A stretch of DNA of 64,000 nucleotides. It comes from a virus. Its lineage: Duplodnaviria; Heunggongvirae; Uroviricota; Caudoviricetes. Below, piece by piece: positions 1 to 13,175 of this stretch. A model generated the notes under the pieces. That model did no database searches. It was given only the letters and a program-made list of their open reading frames with translations, and had not been told where the DNA came from. Each line of letters starts with the position of its first letter. Position 1 is the first letter of the stretch. The translations under genes and the position numbers were made by a program. The stretch lies in the IMG/VR virus record IMGVR_UViG_2690316311_000019; one strand, given 5' to 3'.

Positions 1-134
1 TTGAGCAGAACTCTGATATTGATAGTGAAGATGTTGCGCAGCGACTGGACGCAGATTTCTTCCTGTTGACCAGTGAAATTTCGTGCCTGGTTGATGCTCT
101 GGTAAATGCCCTTGGCGGAGAGGCTAAGCAGTGA
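1..134 (+). CDS. 3' end of an upstream gene truncated by the window edge (product unknown)
   Basis: Open frame from window start to TGA at 132-134; the stop overlaps the GTG start of the next gene (GTGA). Confidence 0.35.
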   Translation, partial: EQNSDIDSEDVAQRLDADFFLLTSEISCLVDALVNALGGEAKQ

Positions 135-3100
135 AAGAGCTGTGCTATGGATCTGTTTGCAGTGGAATTGAAGCCGCGAGTATTGCCTGGGAACCGTTGG
201 GTATGCGTCCGGCGTGGTTTGCTGAAATCGAGCCTTTTCCATCGGCCGTTCTTGCGCTCCGCTGGCCCCATGTTGCCAACCTTGGCGACATGAAAAAACT
301 TGCCAAAAAAGTCTTGGCTGGGGAAATCGAATCCCCTGACGTGCTCGTCGGGGGAACACCATGTTTTACCGCGGGGCATATGGTTCTTTGTAAAAATGGC
401 TATAAACCAATAGAAAATGTTTGCCCTGGTGATTACGTAGTCAGTCATCTCGGGCGGTTACAACAAGTAAAAAGAGTTGGTTCAAAAATAGCTAATACGG
501 GGTTACTTAATGCCGTTGGGCAGCCTTTAGGTATAAGAACAACCAATGACCATCCCTTCCTGGCTGTTCGGTGGAAAGCCCAAAACACCCGGAAAAATGG
601 CACATATTTTAAGAGAGAGTTGTTGTCTGAACCGGAATGGCGAGCAGCATGTGATATGCCGGGATATCAATGGTGCGCTCTAACTAATTTCAATATTGCA
701 TTTCCAGATATTTGTTCTCGGTTCTTGTCTGAAGAACAGGCTATGTATCTTGCGGGCGCTTATGTTGGCGATGGATATATTAGGAGATGGAGAGGTAAAT
801 CTAAGAAGGCGGTTGTTTTTGGCATAAATTGCCAGAAATTGAGAAAGTTTCATTGCCGCATACCAGAAAACATATTTTCCGTGGCAAGCGAAATCCGAGG
901 GAGCATCAAAGTAACCTTGAATGATACGTGTTATGCCAATTGGCTTAATGAACATTTTGGCGAGTTAAGCCATGCTAAGCGTATCCCTGCATGGGTGATG
1001 TCGCATCCATTGCGTCATGTGTTTTTACAAGGCTATCTTGATACTGATGGGACACCAAGTGGTAAAGCGGGATTTAGAATTAATAGTGTTAGTTCTGCGC
1101 TTGCTTGGGGCGTTGCGGGGTTGTCACAGACTTGTGGTTATGTTTCTTCGGTCAGCTTTATTGAAGTTGAGCCCAAAAAAGTGATCGAGGATCGCGTGGT
1201 AAATCAACGGAATTATTATCAGGTAACAATCTGCCCGCAGAAATTGTCACGTAAATCAAGATTGGCTCATGGAATGCTTTTACGAACAGTCAAAGAGTTT
1301 AAATCGGTAGGCCTAGATACTGTATACAACATAGAAGTCGAAGGTGATCATTCCTATATCCTCAATGGTGCGGTGGTCCATAACTGTCAGGCATTCAGTA
1401 TCGCGGGATTACGTGGTGGGCTTGATGATGAGCGTGGCGCGCTAACTTTAAAGTATGTGGAGTTTGCAAATGCAATTGACGACAAACGGGCTGAGTCATT
1501 TCTCAAACCAGCCGTTATCGTCTGGGAAAATGTCCCAGGAGTCTTGTCATCGGCAGATAACGCCTTCGGATGTTTCCTTGCCGGATTGGCTGGAGAAGAT
1601 GTGCCATTTGAACCAGGTGATCGACCTGAATCAGGAAAAAGCAACGCGTTCTGGCGGTGGGATGGCAAAACCGGTTGCCATGTTCCAAAGTGGCCGCAGT
1701 GTGGTTGTATTTATGGACCGCAGCGAAAAGTGGCCTGGAGAATCCTTGATGCCCAATACTTCGGAGTGGCACAACGACGCCGACGCGTGTTTGTTGTCGC
1801 AAGTGCTCGAACAGATCTCGATCCCGCAACGGTACTTTTTGAGTTCGAAGGCGTGCGCCGGAATATTGCGCCGAGCAGAGGCGAGGGGAAGGAAACTACC
1901 AGATATACTTCAAACATCGCTATCAGAACTTGCGATGATACAAACATAATTGCCATGGCACATGGGCAAGGAGGGGCTGAGATAAAAACCGATAATTCGG
2001 CACCAACTTTGACATGTAACCATGAAGCACCAATTGTATTGCTCGGCGACGGTAGAATGCGCCGTCTTACCCCTGTCGAATGTGAAAGGCTGCAAGGTTT
2101 TCCTGATTGGCATACGTTGATCCCTACGGAAAAGCGTAAAAAAGTTAATTCAGATGAACTGGCATATCTGCACAATCACTATCCAGATTTAAGCGAAGAA
2201 GAGGCCGCAATGCTTGCAGCTGACGGACCGCGTTACAAAGCGATCGGCAATAGTATGGCAATACCAGTAATGCGCTGGATTGGCGATCGGATTACTAAGG
2301 CCGTATGTCGGCAGAAAGAAGGAAGTGAAACAAAAGAGCGAAAAGTTAAACCAGCGGCAGAATTCGAACGGTCCATATTCAAATGGGCTGGTGGAAAATT
2401 TGGTGTTCTGGAACAAATCTTTCGCTATTTGCCAGAAGGGAAGCGCCTGATTGAACCTTTCGTTGGTGGCGGAGCTGTCTTCATGAATGCCGGATACCAG
2501 GAAAATCTGCTAAATGATGTGAATGCTGACCTGATTAACTTTTACAAGACTCTGCAACGCGAGGCGCATTCACTTATCACTCTGGCACATCGTTTCTTCC
2601 AGGACTACAACACACAGGAAGGATACCTGGCAGTACGGAATGCGTTTAACAAACAAGTCTATGATGATTTACATCGCGCAGCGGCGTTTTTGTTCCTGAA
2701 CCGACATTGTTTTAACGGATTGACGCGTTACAACCAGGCCGGTGAGTTCAATGTCGGTTATGGGAAGTATAAAACTCCGTATTTCCCATTACAGGAGATG
2801 GAAGCCTTCCTCGGTGCGGAAGGGCGGTCTGAGTTTGTATGCGGTGATTTTGCAGCGGTGATTGAAGCTGCCGGAGAAGGAGATGTCATCTTTTGCGATC
2901 CGCCGTATGAACCGCTTCCAAATACAGAGGGATTCACGAACTATTCCGGTCATGACTTTAAGTTTGAAGAGCAAAAACGCCTGGTGTCTCTGTTGACGGA
3001 TGCTCATCGTCGAGGTGCAAAGGTTCTCATTACTAACAGTGGCGCGCCAAACATCAGAGAGCTTTATCATGACAGTGGCTTCAGAGTGGAACCTCTTTTT

Positions 3101-3172
3101 GCCAGACGTTCTGTGTCTTGTAAGGGGGACACTCGAGGTGTAGCTCATGACGTTTTGGGTATATTGCTCTAA
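131..3172 (+). CDS. dmt: Bifunctional DNA methyltransferase: N-terminal C5-cytosine MTase domain (interrupted by an intein) fused to C-terminal Dam-like N6-adenine MTase domain
   Basis: C5-MTase motifs (GGTP|[10 protein letters not shown] motif, [23 protein letters not shown]) and Dam motifs ([21 protein letters not shown]); position and architecture match P1 dmt. Confidence 0.88.
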   Translation: MKELCYGSVCSGIEAASIAWEPLGMRPAWFAEIEPFPSAVLALRWPHVANLGDMKKLAKKVLAGEIESPDVLVGGTPCFTAGHMVLCKNGYKPIENVCPGDYVVSHLGRLQQVKRVGSKIANTGLLNAVGQPLGIRTTNDHPFLAVRWKAQNTRKNGTYFKRELLSEPEWRAACDMPGYQWCALTNFNIAFPDICSRFLSEEQAMYLAGAYVGDGYIRRWRGKSKKAVVFGINCQKLRKFHCRIPENIFSVASEIRGSIKVTLNDTCYANWLNEHFGELSHAKRIPAWVMSHPLRHVFLQGYLDTDGTPSGKAGFRINSVSSALAWGVAGLSQTCGYVSSVSFIEVEPKKVIEDRVVNQRNYYQVTICPQKLSRKSRLAHGMLLRTVKEFKSVGLDTVYNIEVEGDHSYILNGAVVHNCQAFSIAGLRGGLDDERGALTLKYVEFANAIDDKRAESFLKPAVIVWENVPGVLSSADNAFGCFLAGLAGEDVPFEPGDRPESGKSNAFWRWDGKTGCHVPKWPQCGCIYGPQRKVAWRILDAQYFGVAQRRRRVFVVASARTDLDPATVLFEFEGVRRNIAPSRGEGKETTRYTSNIAIRTCDDTNIIAMAHGQGGAEIKTDNSAPTLTCNHEAPIVLLGDGRMRRLTPVECERLQGFPDWHTLIPTEKRKKVNSDELAYLHNHYPDLSEEEAAMLAADGPRYKAIGNSMAIPVMRWIGDRITKAVCRQKEGSETKERKVKPAAEFERSIFKWAGGKFGVLEQIFRYLPEGKRLIEPFVGGGAVFMNAGYQENLLNDVNADLINFYKTLQREAHSLITLAHRFFQDYNTQEGYLAVRNAFNKQVYDDLHRAAAFLFLNRHCFNGLTRYNQAGEFNVGYGKYKTPYFPLQEMEAFLGAEGRSEFVCGDFAAVIEAAGEGDVIFCDPPYEPLPNTEGFTNYSGHDFKFEEQKRLVSLLTDAHRRGAKVLITNSGAPNIRELYHDSGFRVEPLFARRSVSCKGDTRGVAHDVLGILL
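362..1384 (+). other. Intein (341 aa) with LAGLIDADG homing endonuclease, inserted between Pro and catalytic Cys of the C5-MTase PC motif
   Basis: Starts CFTAGH (block A), TTNDHPF (block B), two LAGLIDADG motifs ([23 protein letters not shown]), ends VVHN followed by Cys+1; lower GC than flanks. Confidence 0.85.
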
Positions 3173-3179
3173 TAAATTT
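3163..3179 (+). promoter_or_regulatory. C1 repressor operator (ATTGCTCTAATAAATTT) overlapping dmt stop codon
   Basis: Exact match to the P1 C1 operator consensus. Confidence 0.75.
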
Positions 3180-3353
3180 ATTAGTGTAATATCACCTCAA
3201 TGAATCGTGATTTATAGAGCGATTTAGCTGTTAGCCGCGACAGGCGCGGCGGTAAGCATGGCTGGGCCTAGTCCTCCCAGACAAACCACCGAGTTGCCAG
3301 GTTGACCATGCGCCTAAGTGGCAACGCCGAAGTGCGTTACGAGCGTCCAGTTT

Positions 3354-3379
3354 GCCCATCTTCGGGTGGGCGTTTTTTT
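3354..3379 (+). terminator. Rho-independent terminator-like hairpin plus T7 run
   Basis: gcccatc-ttcg-ggtgggc stem-loop followed by ttttttt. Confidence 0.55.
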
Positions 3380-3844
3380 CAGGGTTTTCGTCATGGTTAG
3401 CGACTTTGCGGCGGTTTAGAAACTGACCATTAAAGTAAATGCAAACGATGATCTGATGATGGTAGCGGCCTAAGAAGCCAGATGCCATGGGGTATGAGTC
3501 GTCCCCCGTCAAAAAATCGACCGCAGAGTGTCCCCGTCTGTGTATTAGGGAACGGGGAGGCACAACAGGTAAGGGCGCTGGTGTGATTAACCAGATGAAC
3601 GAGAAGGGGCCATCTGTTGGTCAGCGTCCTTTCCTGTTGCGTTTTCTTTTCAGCGTAACAGCGGTGCTTAACAGCACTTTGGGTACAGTTCCACGAATTT
3701 ACGGGTATATCCCGTCATGCTGAAGGCGCTAATCACGCTGGAAGCCAGGGTTATGCATCCCCTGTTACCGAATTGCAGCCAGGGCGCGGTGCGCCGAAAA
3801 GCATACGGAGGTGGAAGCCCTCGCCGGAGACGTACCCGGCAAGT

Positions 3845-3918
3845 GATGGTGTAGCTCAGCGGTAGAGCAGTTGGCTGTTAACCAACTGGTCGGTAGTTCG
3901 AATCCACCCACCATCGCC
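3845..3918 (+). tRNA. trnA: tRNA-Asn (anticodon GUU)
   Basis: Manual cloverleaf: 7-bp acceptor GATGGTG/CACCATC, D-arm GCTC/GAGC, anticodon loop CTGTTAA, T-loop TTCGAAT, CCA end. Confidence 0.85.
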
Positions 3919-3923
3919 ACTTT

Positions 3924-4010
3924 AGGGGAGTTAGTCCGTAGGGGTAGCGGGGTAGACTGTAAATCTACTGTCATTGCGACTCGGGTGGTTCGACTCCATC
4001 ACTCCCCACC
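3924..4010 (+). tRNA. Type II tRNA-like gene, anticodon GUA (Tyr-like), long variable arm; D-arm atypical
   Basis: Acceptor GGGGAGT/ACTCCCC, anticodon stem GTAGA/TCTAC with loop CTGTAAA, 15-nt variable arm, T-arm GGTGG-TTCGACT-CCATC, CCA end. Confidence 0.55.
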
Positions 4011-4014
4011 ACAT

Positions 4015-4090
4015 TGCCGATTTAGCTCAGTTGGTAGAGCAGTCGCTTTGTAAGCGAATGGTCAGCGGTTCGATCCCGTTAATCGGCACC
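4015..4090 (+). tRNA. trnT: tRNA-Thr (anticodon UGU)
   Basis: Acceptor GCCGATT/AATCGGC, D-arm GCTC/GAGC, anticodon loop TTTGTAA, T-loop TTCGATC, CCA end. Confidence 0.85.
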
Positions 4091-4095
4091 AACAT

Positions 4096-4170
4096 AACAG
4101 GTAAGAGCATTCTCCCTTATGGGGCCTGGCTTAAATGCATCGAGTGCTCTTACCGTTGTGATGAAGTGCA
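4096..4170 (+). repeat. Structured repeat copy A (long hairpin ggtaagagca...tgctcttacc, then cgttgtgatgaagtgc tail)
   Basis: Shares 5' module acaggtaagagcattctcc and 3' tail with copy C; starts right after tRNA-Thr. Confidence 0.55.
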
Positions 4171-4466
4171 GATCTTAGAAGCAACCAGAAGATAAGCATC
4201 TGGCTTCACAACATAAACCGCAGGAACGACCAATAAACGGTAGTCCGTATGGAGAACACCCCGTTGAGGAAGAGGCCTGGCCGGAACCGTAACCGGCGAC
4301 TGGTAATGTGTGTAAATGGAGCGAAATATGTGGGCGTTTAACGGGATACGGGTTGTAACAGCGATTATTAACGGCGAACTTAAGTATTCACGTTTCGAGA
4401 CAAATGAACGTGATGGGAAATGTATTGGTGTGCGGTTAGTAAGAGAATACGCATAACAACTACAAC

Positions 4467-4565
4467 GTTGAGAACACTGGCGTAACGGGGTCATATCCCA
4501 ATCTACGAATAAATGTTGCGTTGCCGCGTGACAACCAGTGTTCTCAACATTGTGGTGAATGCACA
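4467..4565 (+). repeat. Structured repeat copy B (14-bp perfect stem gttgagaacactgg/ccagtgttctcaac enclosing conserved core cgtaacggggtcatatcccaatctacg)
   Basis: Core nearly identical to the core of copy C; 3' tail ttgtggtgaatgc. Confidence 0.55.
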
Positions 4566-4740
4566 GGCTGATGTGCCGCAACTACAGTAGTGCGCGCTTT
4601 GCGGGGCTTGCTACAACCCTGTGTCGGAGTTCAGCACCGACCATCACAGTTTGATTCTCTGGCATGAGCATAACGCTGAAATAAGTCCAGTCTGGTGCGG
4701 TCTGATCACCCGCCGTTAGCTCCACGAAACGGAGCACGTA

Positions 4741-4820
4741 ACAGGTAAGAGCATTCTCCTGTAACGGGTTCATATCCCAATCTACAGGTCCACCAAGAAT
4801 GCTCTTTCCGTTGCGGTGAA
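4741..4820 (+). repeat. Structured repeat copy C (stem aagagcattct/agaatgctctt enclosing core cctgtaacgggttcatatcccaatctacagg)
   Basis: Combines the 5' module of copy A with the core of copy B; 3' tail ccgttgcggtgaatgc. Confidence 0.55.
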
Positions 4821-4964
4821 TGCGGCTAAGCGCACGCGGGGAAATGGTTATATCTGTCCATTATTTCTCCTTGTTTCCACGTCCACGGTGGATAACCAGC
4901 CAAAGGACACCGGGAGGAACCCGGCACCGCAGCTTTTTTATTCGTTAAATAATGGAGTGAGAGG

Positions 4965-5201
4965 ATGCAGAACAATCCGAACAAATGTCGAACGCTATGG
5001 GTGCGGTTATATATTTATGCCGTCCTCTGTTTGATTGTGTCACTGGTTCTGTATGTTTGGCTTTTGCCAAATATGATCTCATCTAACAGCACAATACTTG
5101 TATTGTTGGGAGTCCTTCTCGCGCTCATTTACCCGGCTTTCGCAGTAGTCTTTTTTCGTGAAAAAACCAGGAAATTAATTAATGAAAAAAACGTTGATTA
5201 G
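4965..5201 (+). CDS. upl: Small membrane protein (two predicted TM helices), upstream of plp
   Basis: ORF with GGAG/GAGG RBS; hydrophobic segments; position as in P1 upl. Confidence 0.55.
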   Translation: MQNNPNKCRTLWVRLYIYAVLCLIVSLVLYVWLLPNMISSNSTILVLLGVLLALIYPAFAVVFFREKTRKLINEKNVD

Positions 5202-6009
5202 TGCAGCGATTATTTTGGGTTCTTTATGTCTGACCGGATGCGATCGGGTAGAGCCAGGTAACGTAGGGATCAAAGTAAATAAGCTGGGGGATGATAAAGG
5301 TATCGGTGAAGTAGTTGGCGTTGGTCGCTACTGGACAGGCTTGAATACTGAAGTTTATATCTTCCCGACCTTTAAGCAAATGAAGACATACGATGAGCCG
5401 TTCAGCTTCCAGATGAGCGACGGAACAACCATTGGTTACCACATCGGCGTAGCCTACAAGGTTGATCCAGCAAAAGTCACAACGGTATTTCAGACCTATC
5501 GCAAAGGTGTAGATGATATTACTGATACCGATCTACGCCAGAAGGTTGCAGATGCTCTGAACCGATTAGCCAGCAAAATGACCACCGACAAATTTATCGA
5601 CGGTGGCAAATCTGAATTGCTTGATGCAGCCCTTAAAGACATTCAGGAAGAAATGACGCCAATCGGCATTCAGGTGATGAGCCTCTCTTATGTAGGTAAG
5701 CCAGAATACCCGCCAACAGTTATTGACAGTATTAACGCCAAAGTCACGGCAAACCAAAAAACCCTGCAACGCGAGCAAGAGGTCAAACAACGTGAAGCAG
5801 AGGCCAACATGCTGCGCGCGGAAGCTGCCGGACAGGCTGATGCTATTCGCACAAAAGCCCAGGCCGAAGCTGATGCCATTCGTTTACGTGGTGAAGCTCT
5901 GCGCCAGAACCCCGGTGTTATGGACTTGGAAGCGATCAACAAATGGAACGGTACATTACCGCAGTATATGACCAGTAATACCGCTGTTCCGTTTGTTCCG
6001 GTGAAATAA
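5182..6009 (+). CDS. plp: Lipoprotein with SPFH/band-7-like domain
   Basis: Signal peptide with lipobox LTGC, coiled-coil C-terminus; P1 plp position. Confidence 0.75.
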   Translation: MKKTLISAAIILGSLCLTGCDRVEPGNVGIKVNKLGDDKGIGEVVGVGRYWTGLNTEVYIFPTFKQMKTYDEPFSFQMSDGTTIGYHIGVAYKVDPAKVTTVFQTYRKGVDDITDTDLRQKVADALNRLASKMTTDKFIDGGKSELLDAALKDIQEEMTPIGIQVMSLSYVGKPEYPPTVIDSINAKVTANQKTLQREQEVKQREAEANMLRAEAAGQADAIRTKAQAEADAIRLRGEALRQNPGVMDLEAINKWNGTLPQYMTSNTAVPFVPVK

Positions 6010-6036
6010 AAGCGTAAGCAAAATTGGCAGTAATCC

Positions 6037-6112
6037 GGCCCTTTAGCTCAGTGGTTAGAGCTGGCGACTCATAATCGCACGGTCACCGGTTCAAGTCCGG
6101 TAGGGGCCACCA
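6037..6112 (+). tRNA. trnI: tRNA with anticodon CAU, strongly resembling E. coli ileX (tRNA-Ile2, lysidine)
   Basis: Acceptor GGCCCTT/AGGGGCC, anticodon loop CTCATAA, T-loop TTCAAGT, CCA end; near-identity to ileX by recall. Confidence 0.85.
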
Positions 6113-6392
6113 TATTTGGTTGTAACACGGCGTCTGGCACATGCGTCGTTAGCGGTCTGGTGACGTTAAAGGGGTAACCTTTCCCCTAGCTCAGGCAACA
6201 AACCAGGTAGCCGGAATGTGCAAGCCCCGTTCATAGCGTCGGACTGCGGATTCACCATCCTGGCGATTCGGTGTGACAACCGGGAAGAGTCCGGCGCATT
6301 AATCCTGATTTTCTGGTGATGACTCATATCGTTAGGAGTGATTTGAGTATGCCGATTATATCTGACATTCAGCACGCCTGGGTGGAGTGCTA

Positions 6393-7757
6393 ATGTCTGC
6401 ATCCCCTCTTGAATCCATGCCAAATTCCCTTAGTGCAGAACAAGCTGTACTTGGTGGCTTAATGCTTGATAACTGCCGCTGGGATGAAGTTGCAGATCGT
6501 ATAGTTGCTGATGATTTTTATACCAGTGCTCATCGTGAAATTTTCAGTGAGATGGAGAGGTTATTAAGTCATGGCAAACCGATTGATTTGATAACACTTG
6601 CTGAAGCACTTGAACAGAACGGTAAATTAGAACGCGCCGGTGGTTTTGCGTACCTTGCGGAGATGTCAAAGAACACGCCCAGCGCGGCAAATATTTGTGC
6701 TTATGCGGATATCGTTCGTGAACGCGCGGTTGTTCGTGAAATGATTTCCGTCGCAAATGAAATAGCTGAAGCTGGATATGCGCAGGATGGCAGGGGCAGC
6801 AATGAATTGCTGGATATGGCCGAGCGCCGCGTTTTTGAAATAGCTGAAAAACGACAAAAGAGCGGTAGTGGTCCAAAAGATATCGCCAGCATTCTCGATG
6901 CAACGGTATCTCGCATAGAAGAGTTGTTTCAGCGACCGCATGATGGTGTAACGGGGCTTGATACCGGATTTACCGATCTCAATAAGAAGACGGCAGGACT
7001 TCAGGCGTCCGATCTCATTATTGTCGCCGCCCGCCCATCGATGGGGAAGACTACGTTTGCGATGAATCTCGTCGAAAATGCCGCAGTCCGTAACGATAAG
7101 CCCGTATTGGTTTTTAGCCTTGAGATGCCGAGCCACCAACTGATGATGCGCTCACTGGCTTCTCTTGCACGCGTTGATCAGACTCGTATTCGAACAGGGC
7201 AACTTAACGACGAGGATTGGGCGCGGGTTTCTGGCGCAATGGGGATTCTGTTGGACAAGCAGAATATTTTTATTGATGACTCAAGCGCCCTGACACCTAC
7301 AGAGCTTCGTTCCCGCGCTCGTCGTGTTTATAAAGAAAATGGTGGTTTGAGCATGATTATGATCGACTACCTGCAACTTATGCGCGTCCCCGAGCTGCAA
7401 GATAACCGAACGCTGGAAATTGCCGAGATTTCTCGCTCACTGAAGGCTTTGGCGAAGGAATTACAAGTACCGGTGGTGGCATTGTCACAACTTAATCGAT
7501 CGCTTGAACAGCGTGCGGACAAACGACCGGTAAATTCAGATTTACGTGAATCAGGAGCAATTGAGCAGGACGCAGACCTGATCATGTTTCTGTATCGCGA
7601 CGAAGTTTATCACCCGGATAGCGAAATGAAGGGCATTGCCGAGGTAATTATCGGAAAGCAACGAAATGGCCCAATTGGCACGGTGAGATTGGCTTTTAAC
7701 GGCCAATACTCACGGTTTGATAACTATGCTGGTGCTGACTGGCAAGAGGATTATTAA
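6393..7757 (+). CDS. ban: DnaB-like replicative helicase (Ban)
   Basis: DnaB N-terminal motif and Walker A (ARPSMGKTTFAMN), 454 aa from ATG at 6393. Confidence 0.92.
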   Translation: MSASPLESMPNSLSAEQAVLGGLMLDNCRWDEVADRIVADDFYTSAHREIFSEMERLLSHGKPIDLITLAEALEQNGKLERAGGFAYLAEMSKNTPSAANICAYADIVRERAVVREMISVANEIAEAGYAQDGRGSNELLDMAERRVFEIAEKRQKSGSGPKDIASILDATVSRIEELFQRPHDGVTGLDTGFTDLNKKTAGLQASDLIIVAARPSMGKTTFAMNLVENAAVRNDKPVLVFSLEMPSHQLMMRSLASLARVDQTRIRTGQLNDEDWARVSGAMGILLDKQNIFIDDSSALTPTELRSRARRVYKENGGLSMIMIDYLQLMRVPELQDNRTLEIAEISRSLKALAKELQVPVVALSQLNRSLEQRADKRPVNSDLRESGAIEQDADLIMFLYRDEVYHPDSEMKGIAEVIIGKQRNGPIGTVRLAFNGQYSRFDNYAGADWQEDY

Positions 7758-7780
7758 TGCAATGGAATGAGGAAAAGCCG

Positions 7781-8755
7781 ATGAACATCCTGATCATTGG
7801 GCGAAAATTTGAAGCTATCAGTGATGTGAAAACATATACGGAAATGTGGGCTTACAACCTGGCCTGCGCCTTTAGTGAGGCAGGGGTAACATTGCAATTC
7901 CATCGTCCATATTCCCCCGGCGTCGAAAGCCCGGAGGATTATGTTGAAGCTGTGTTGACCGCTGCGACCTCGTGTTCTGCGAAAGCCATTTTAGCGCCAG
8001 GATTGCGGTATTTTACTACGGTGCCCAGGGAAATAGGCGTGCAACTGCGTCGTCGATTCACTGGATGGGTAGCCCAGGTATACGACGGTTCTATGCTGGA
8101 TTCGGCACCAGTCGATATTACTTTTACTGTCCGCGATGATACCTGGCGGTACCTGGATAATCCCGGCAGGTTAGAGCGTCATAATCGCTTTAACAAACAT
8201 GTTGGATGGGCAGCGAATCAGGATCTGTTCCATCTGGAAACCAAAACAGACGATGTTCTGCGTATTTTTGTAGACCACGCTGCATTTGATGTTAGTGGGT
8301 TTGATCACTCCTTAAGTATCCTTATGAACCTTCAGCGTCTGACCGTTCCGTATGAGGCCAGAACGTTGACCGATGACGGATTGATTACCATTGATCCGGG
8401 GAATATATCGGTAACCCCATACAGACGGACGCCGGTACCAGCAACCGAATTTGCAGCTGAATTGCGTAAGAGTGACGTGTTTATCGTTACGCATCCCGAA
8501 AGCCTTGGATTAACTGTACTTGAGGCGGCAATGTGCGGGGCGTTGGTATTAACGCCTCCCGATTGTCTTCCGCCAGATCGCCTGGCTTTGGTGAACCATA
8601 TGGTTATCAAGTCGCGGATTGATTGGGATGAGGTTATTGCTCGCGTTGATCGCGTGAAAAATGCTGAAAAGGTCCAGTGTCACACCTGGTCGGCAATTGC
8701 GGAAAAGATGCTTGAGACGTTTGTCACGCAGAAACCGTCGCGCGGTAACGGATAA
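7781..8755 (+). CDS. Hypothetical protein downstream of ban
   Basis: Long ORF; start chosen at ATG with GAGGAAAAG RBS (track ORF begins 7757). Confidence 0.55.
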   Translation: MNILIIGRKFEAISDVKTYTEMWAYNLACAFSEAGVTLQFHRPYSPGVESPEDYVEAVLTAATSCSAKAILAPGLRYFTTVPREIGVQLRRRFTGWVAQVYDGSMLDSAPVDITFTVRDDTWRYLDNPGRLERHNRFNKHVGWAANQDLFHLETKTDDVLRIFVDHAAFDVSGFDHSLSILMNLQRLTVPYEARTLTDDGLITIDPGNISVTPYRRTPVPATEFAAELRKSDVFIVTHPESLGLTVLEAAMCGALVLTPPDCLPPDRLALVNHMVIKSRIDWDEVIARVDRVKNAEKVQCHTWSAIAEKMLETFVTQKPSRGNG

Positions 8756-8779
8756 AAAATTGAACCCGTCATAACAGAA

Positions 8780-8801
8780 AAGCCCGAACGCCGGGCTTTT
8801 C

Positions 8802-8802
<1 letters not shown>
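8780..8802. terminator. Bidirectional terminator hairpin between convergent genes
   Basis: aagcccg-aacg-ccgggctt with T-runs on both strands. Confidence 0.55.
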
Positions 8803-11948
<3,146 letters not shown>

Positions 11949-13166
11949 TTATCCTTTCCGTTTACGGGCTTCGTTAATTTGTATCTCAAGAATGCTTCGC
12001 GCCTGCGCGGTGGCAGCGGCTTTGTCCATTCCCTGACTCATGAAAAACTTTATGAGGTTGTTCGCCTGCGTTTGCAGGGCTTTTTTAAGAGCGTCGGCTT
12101 CAGCGCGAGCCTGGGCTTCCCTCACCCGCGATGCTTTTAGTTCGGCACTCTTCCTGTTTGCCGTGGTGCGAGCTTTTTTTAACAACCGGCGAACGTTGTC
12201 CGTGGCGCTATCTTTGGCGCGTAGTTTTTTGCCTAATGCATCCTGAGATTTCAGATATAACTCATACTCACGCGCCGCTTTAGCCTGATCCGTCGTTGTT
12301 GTCCGGTTGCGCGCGAGCGATTTAGCCAGTTCGCCTTTGAAATAGGTTGTTGTCTTCCGCTTGTCATCGCCGAAGGCCACCTGTTCAGCTGCTTTTTCCA
12401 GGGCAATAATGATGGCCTTGTGCCATGTGGGAGACTGAAAACGCGTCATAGCGTGCAAAACATGTTTGCAAGCCACACCAGTCAGATCAGGGTTGCGGAT
12501 TTTAGGGAAGGCATACTCTTTTGGCGGCGTGACAGCATAGTTACCAGCCGTGGCCATATAACGATACCAGTATTGATGGCGTCCACAATCACAGTCGAAA
12601 GATACCCGGCCCTTGCAGAGATCGGCAGCGATTCGGGCTTTTTTCGCACCGTCTTCAGCAATTTCCTCAACGGCTTTATCCCATTCCTCAAATCGAATTC
12701 TGACACGGTGATGCTGGTGGACCGACTCATCCGAGGCATTAACAGATATCAATGCAAGGTTGTGTTTTAGCCCGAGGAATGTCGCGGCTTTGATCCCTGT
12801 GCCATCAGAAACTTTGTTGTTAGCGCGTTTTATATCAATGCTGGTGGACTGCGCCACCAGCTGAGCATAGGTAATGCCGGGTACCGTGCTCTTGAATTTG
12901 GTTTTATGAGCCTGCCTTGAGGTGTTGAAACTGCGTATATCTTCGGGCGTAAAGTAGGTGCCATCTTTCTTTTTCCCAAGGCTGAGGAATGCCTCAAGTT
13001 CGCGGTTACGCATCCCCATAATCCTTGGGGTGAGTGTACGTCGCGCGTTTCGCCGATTCTGACGCTGCTGTTTACGGATAAGATCGAAGACCTTGTTAAA
13101 GTCTTTTGCACTTAATCCATCAGTCTGATAGCGACCAAGATTGTCGCGAGCATATTCAGTTGGCAT
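11949..13166 (-). CDS. Hypothetical protein with SWIM-type zinc-finger motif (CxC...CxH)
   Basis: FDCDCGRHQYW...CKHVLHA motif; basic coiled C-terminus. Confidence 0.55.
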   Translation of the reverse strand: MPTEYARDNLGRYQTDGLSAKDFNKVFDLIRKQQRQNRRNARRTLTPRIMGMRNRELEAFLSLGKKKDGTYFTPEDIRSFNTSRQAHKTKFKSTVPGITYAQLVAQSTSIDIKRANNKVSDGTGIKAATFLGLKHNLALISVNASDESVHQHHRVRIRFEEWDKAVEEIAEDGAKKARIAADLCKGRVSFDCDCGRHQYWYRYMATAGNYAVTPPKEYAFPKIRNPDLTGVACKHVLHAMTRFQSPTWHKAIIIALEKAAEQVAFGDDKRKTTTYFKGELAKSLARNRTTTTDQAKAAREYELYLKSQDALGKKLRAKDSATDNVRRLLKKARTTANRKSAELKASRVREAQARAEADALKKALQTQANNLIKFFMSQGMDKAAATAQARSILEIQINEARKRKG

Positions 13167-13175
13167 TCATTTCCC

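Noticed and set aside
680-2416. Several 60-160 aa ORFs on either strand inside dmt
   Set aside because: They are embedded in or antisense to a long ORF with clear methyltransferase and intein motifs and have no RBS or motif support.
3231-3723. Track ORFs in the dmt-tRNA intergenic region
   Set aside because: GC-rich region with a terminator and no RBS support; more likely noncoding leader.
4096-4820. Possible CRISPR array
   Set aside because: Repeat units differ in length and composition, spacing is irregular, and there is no cas gene.
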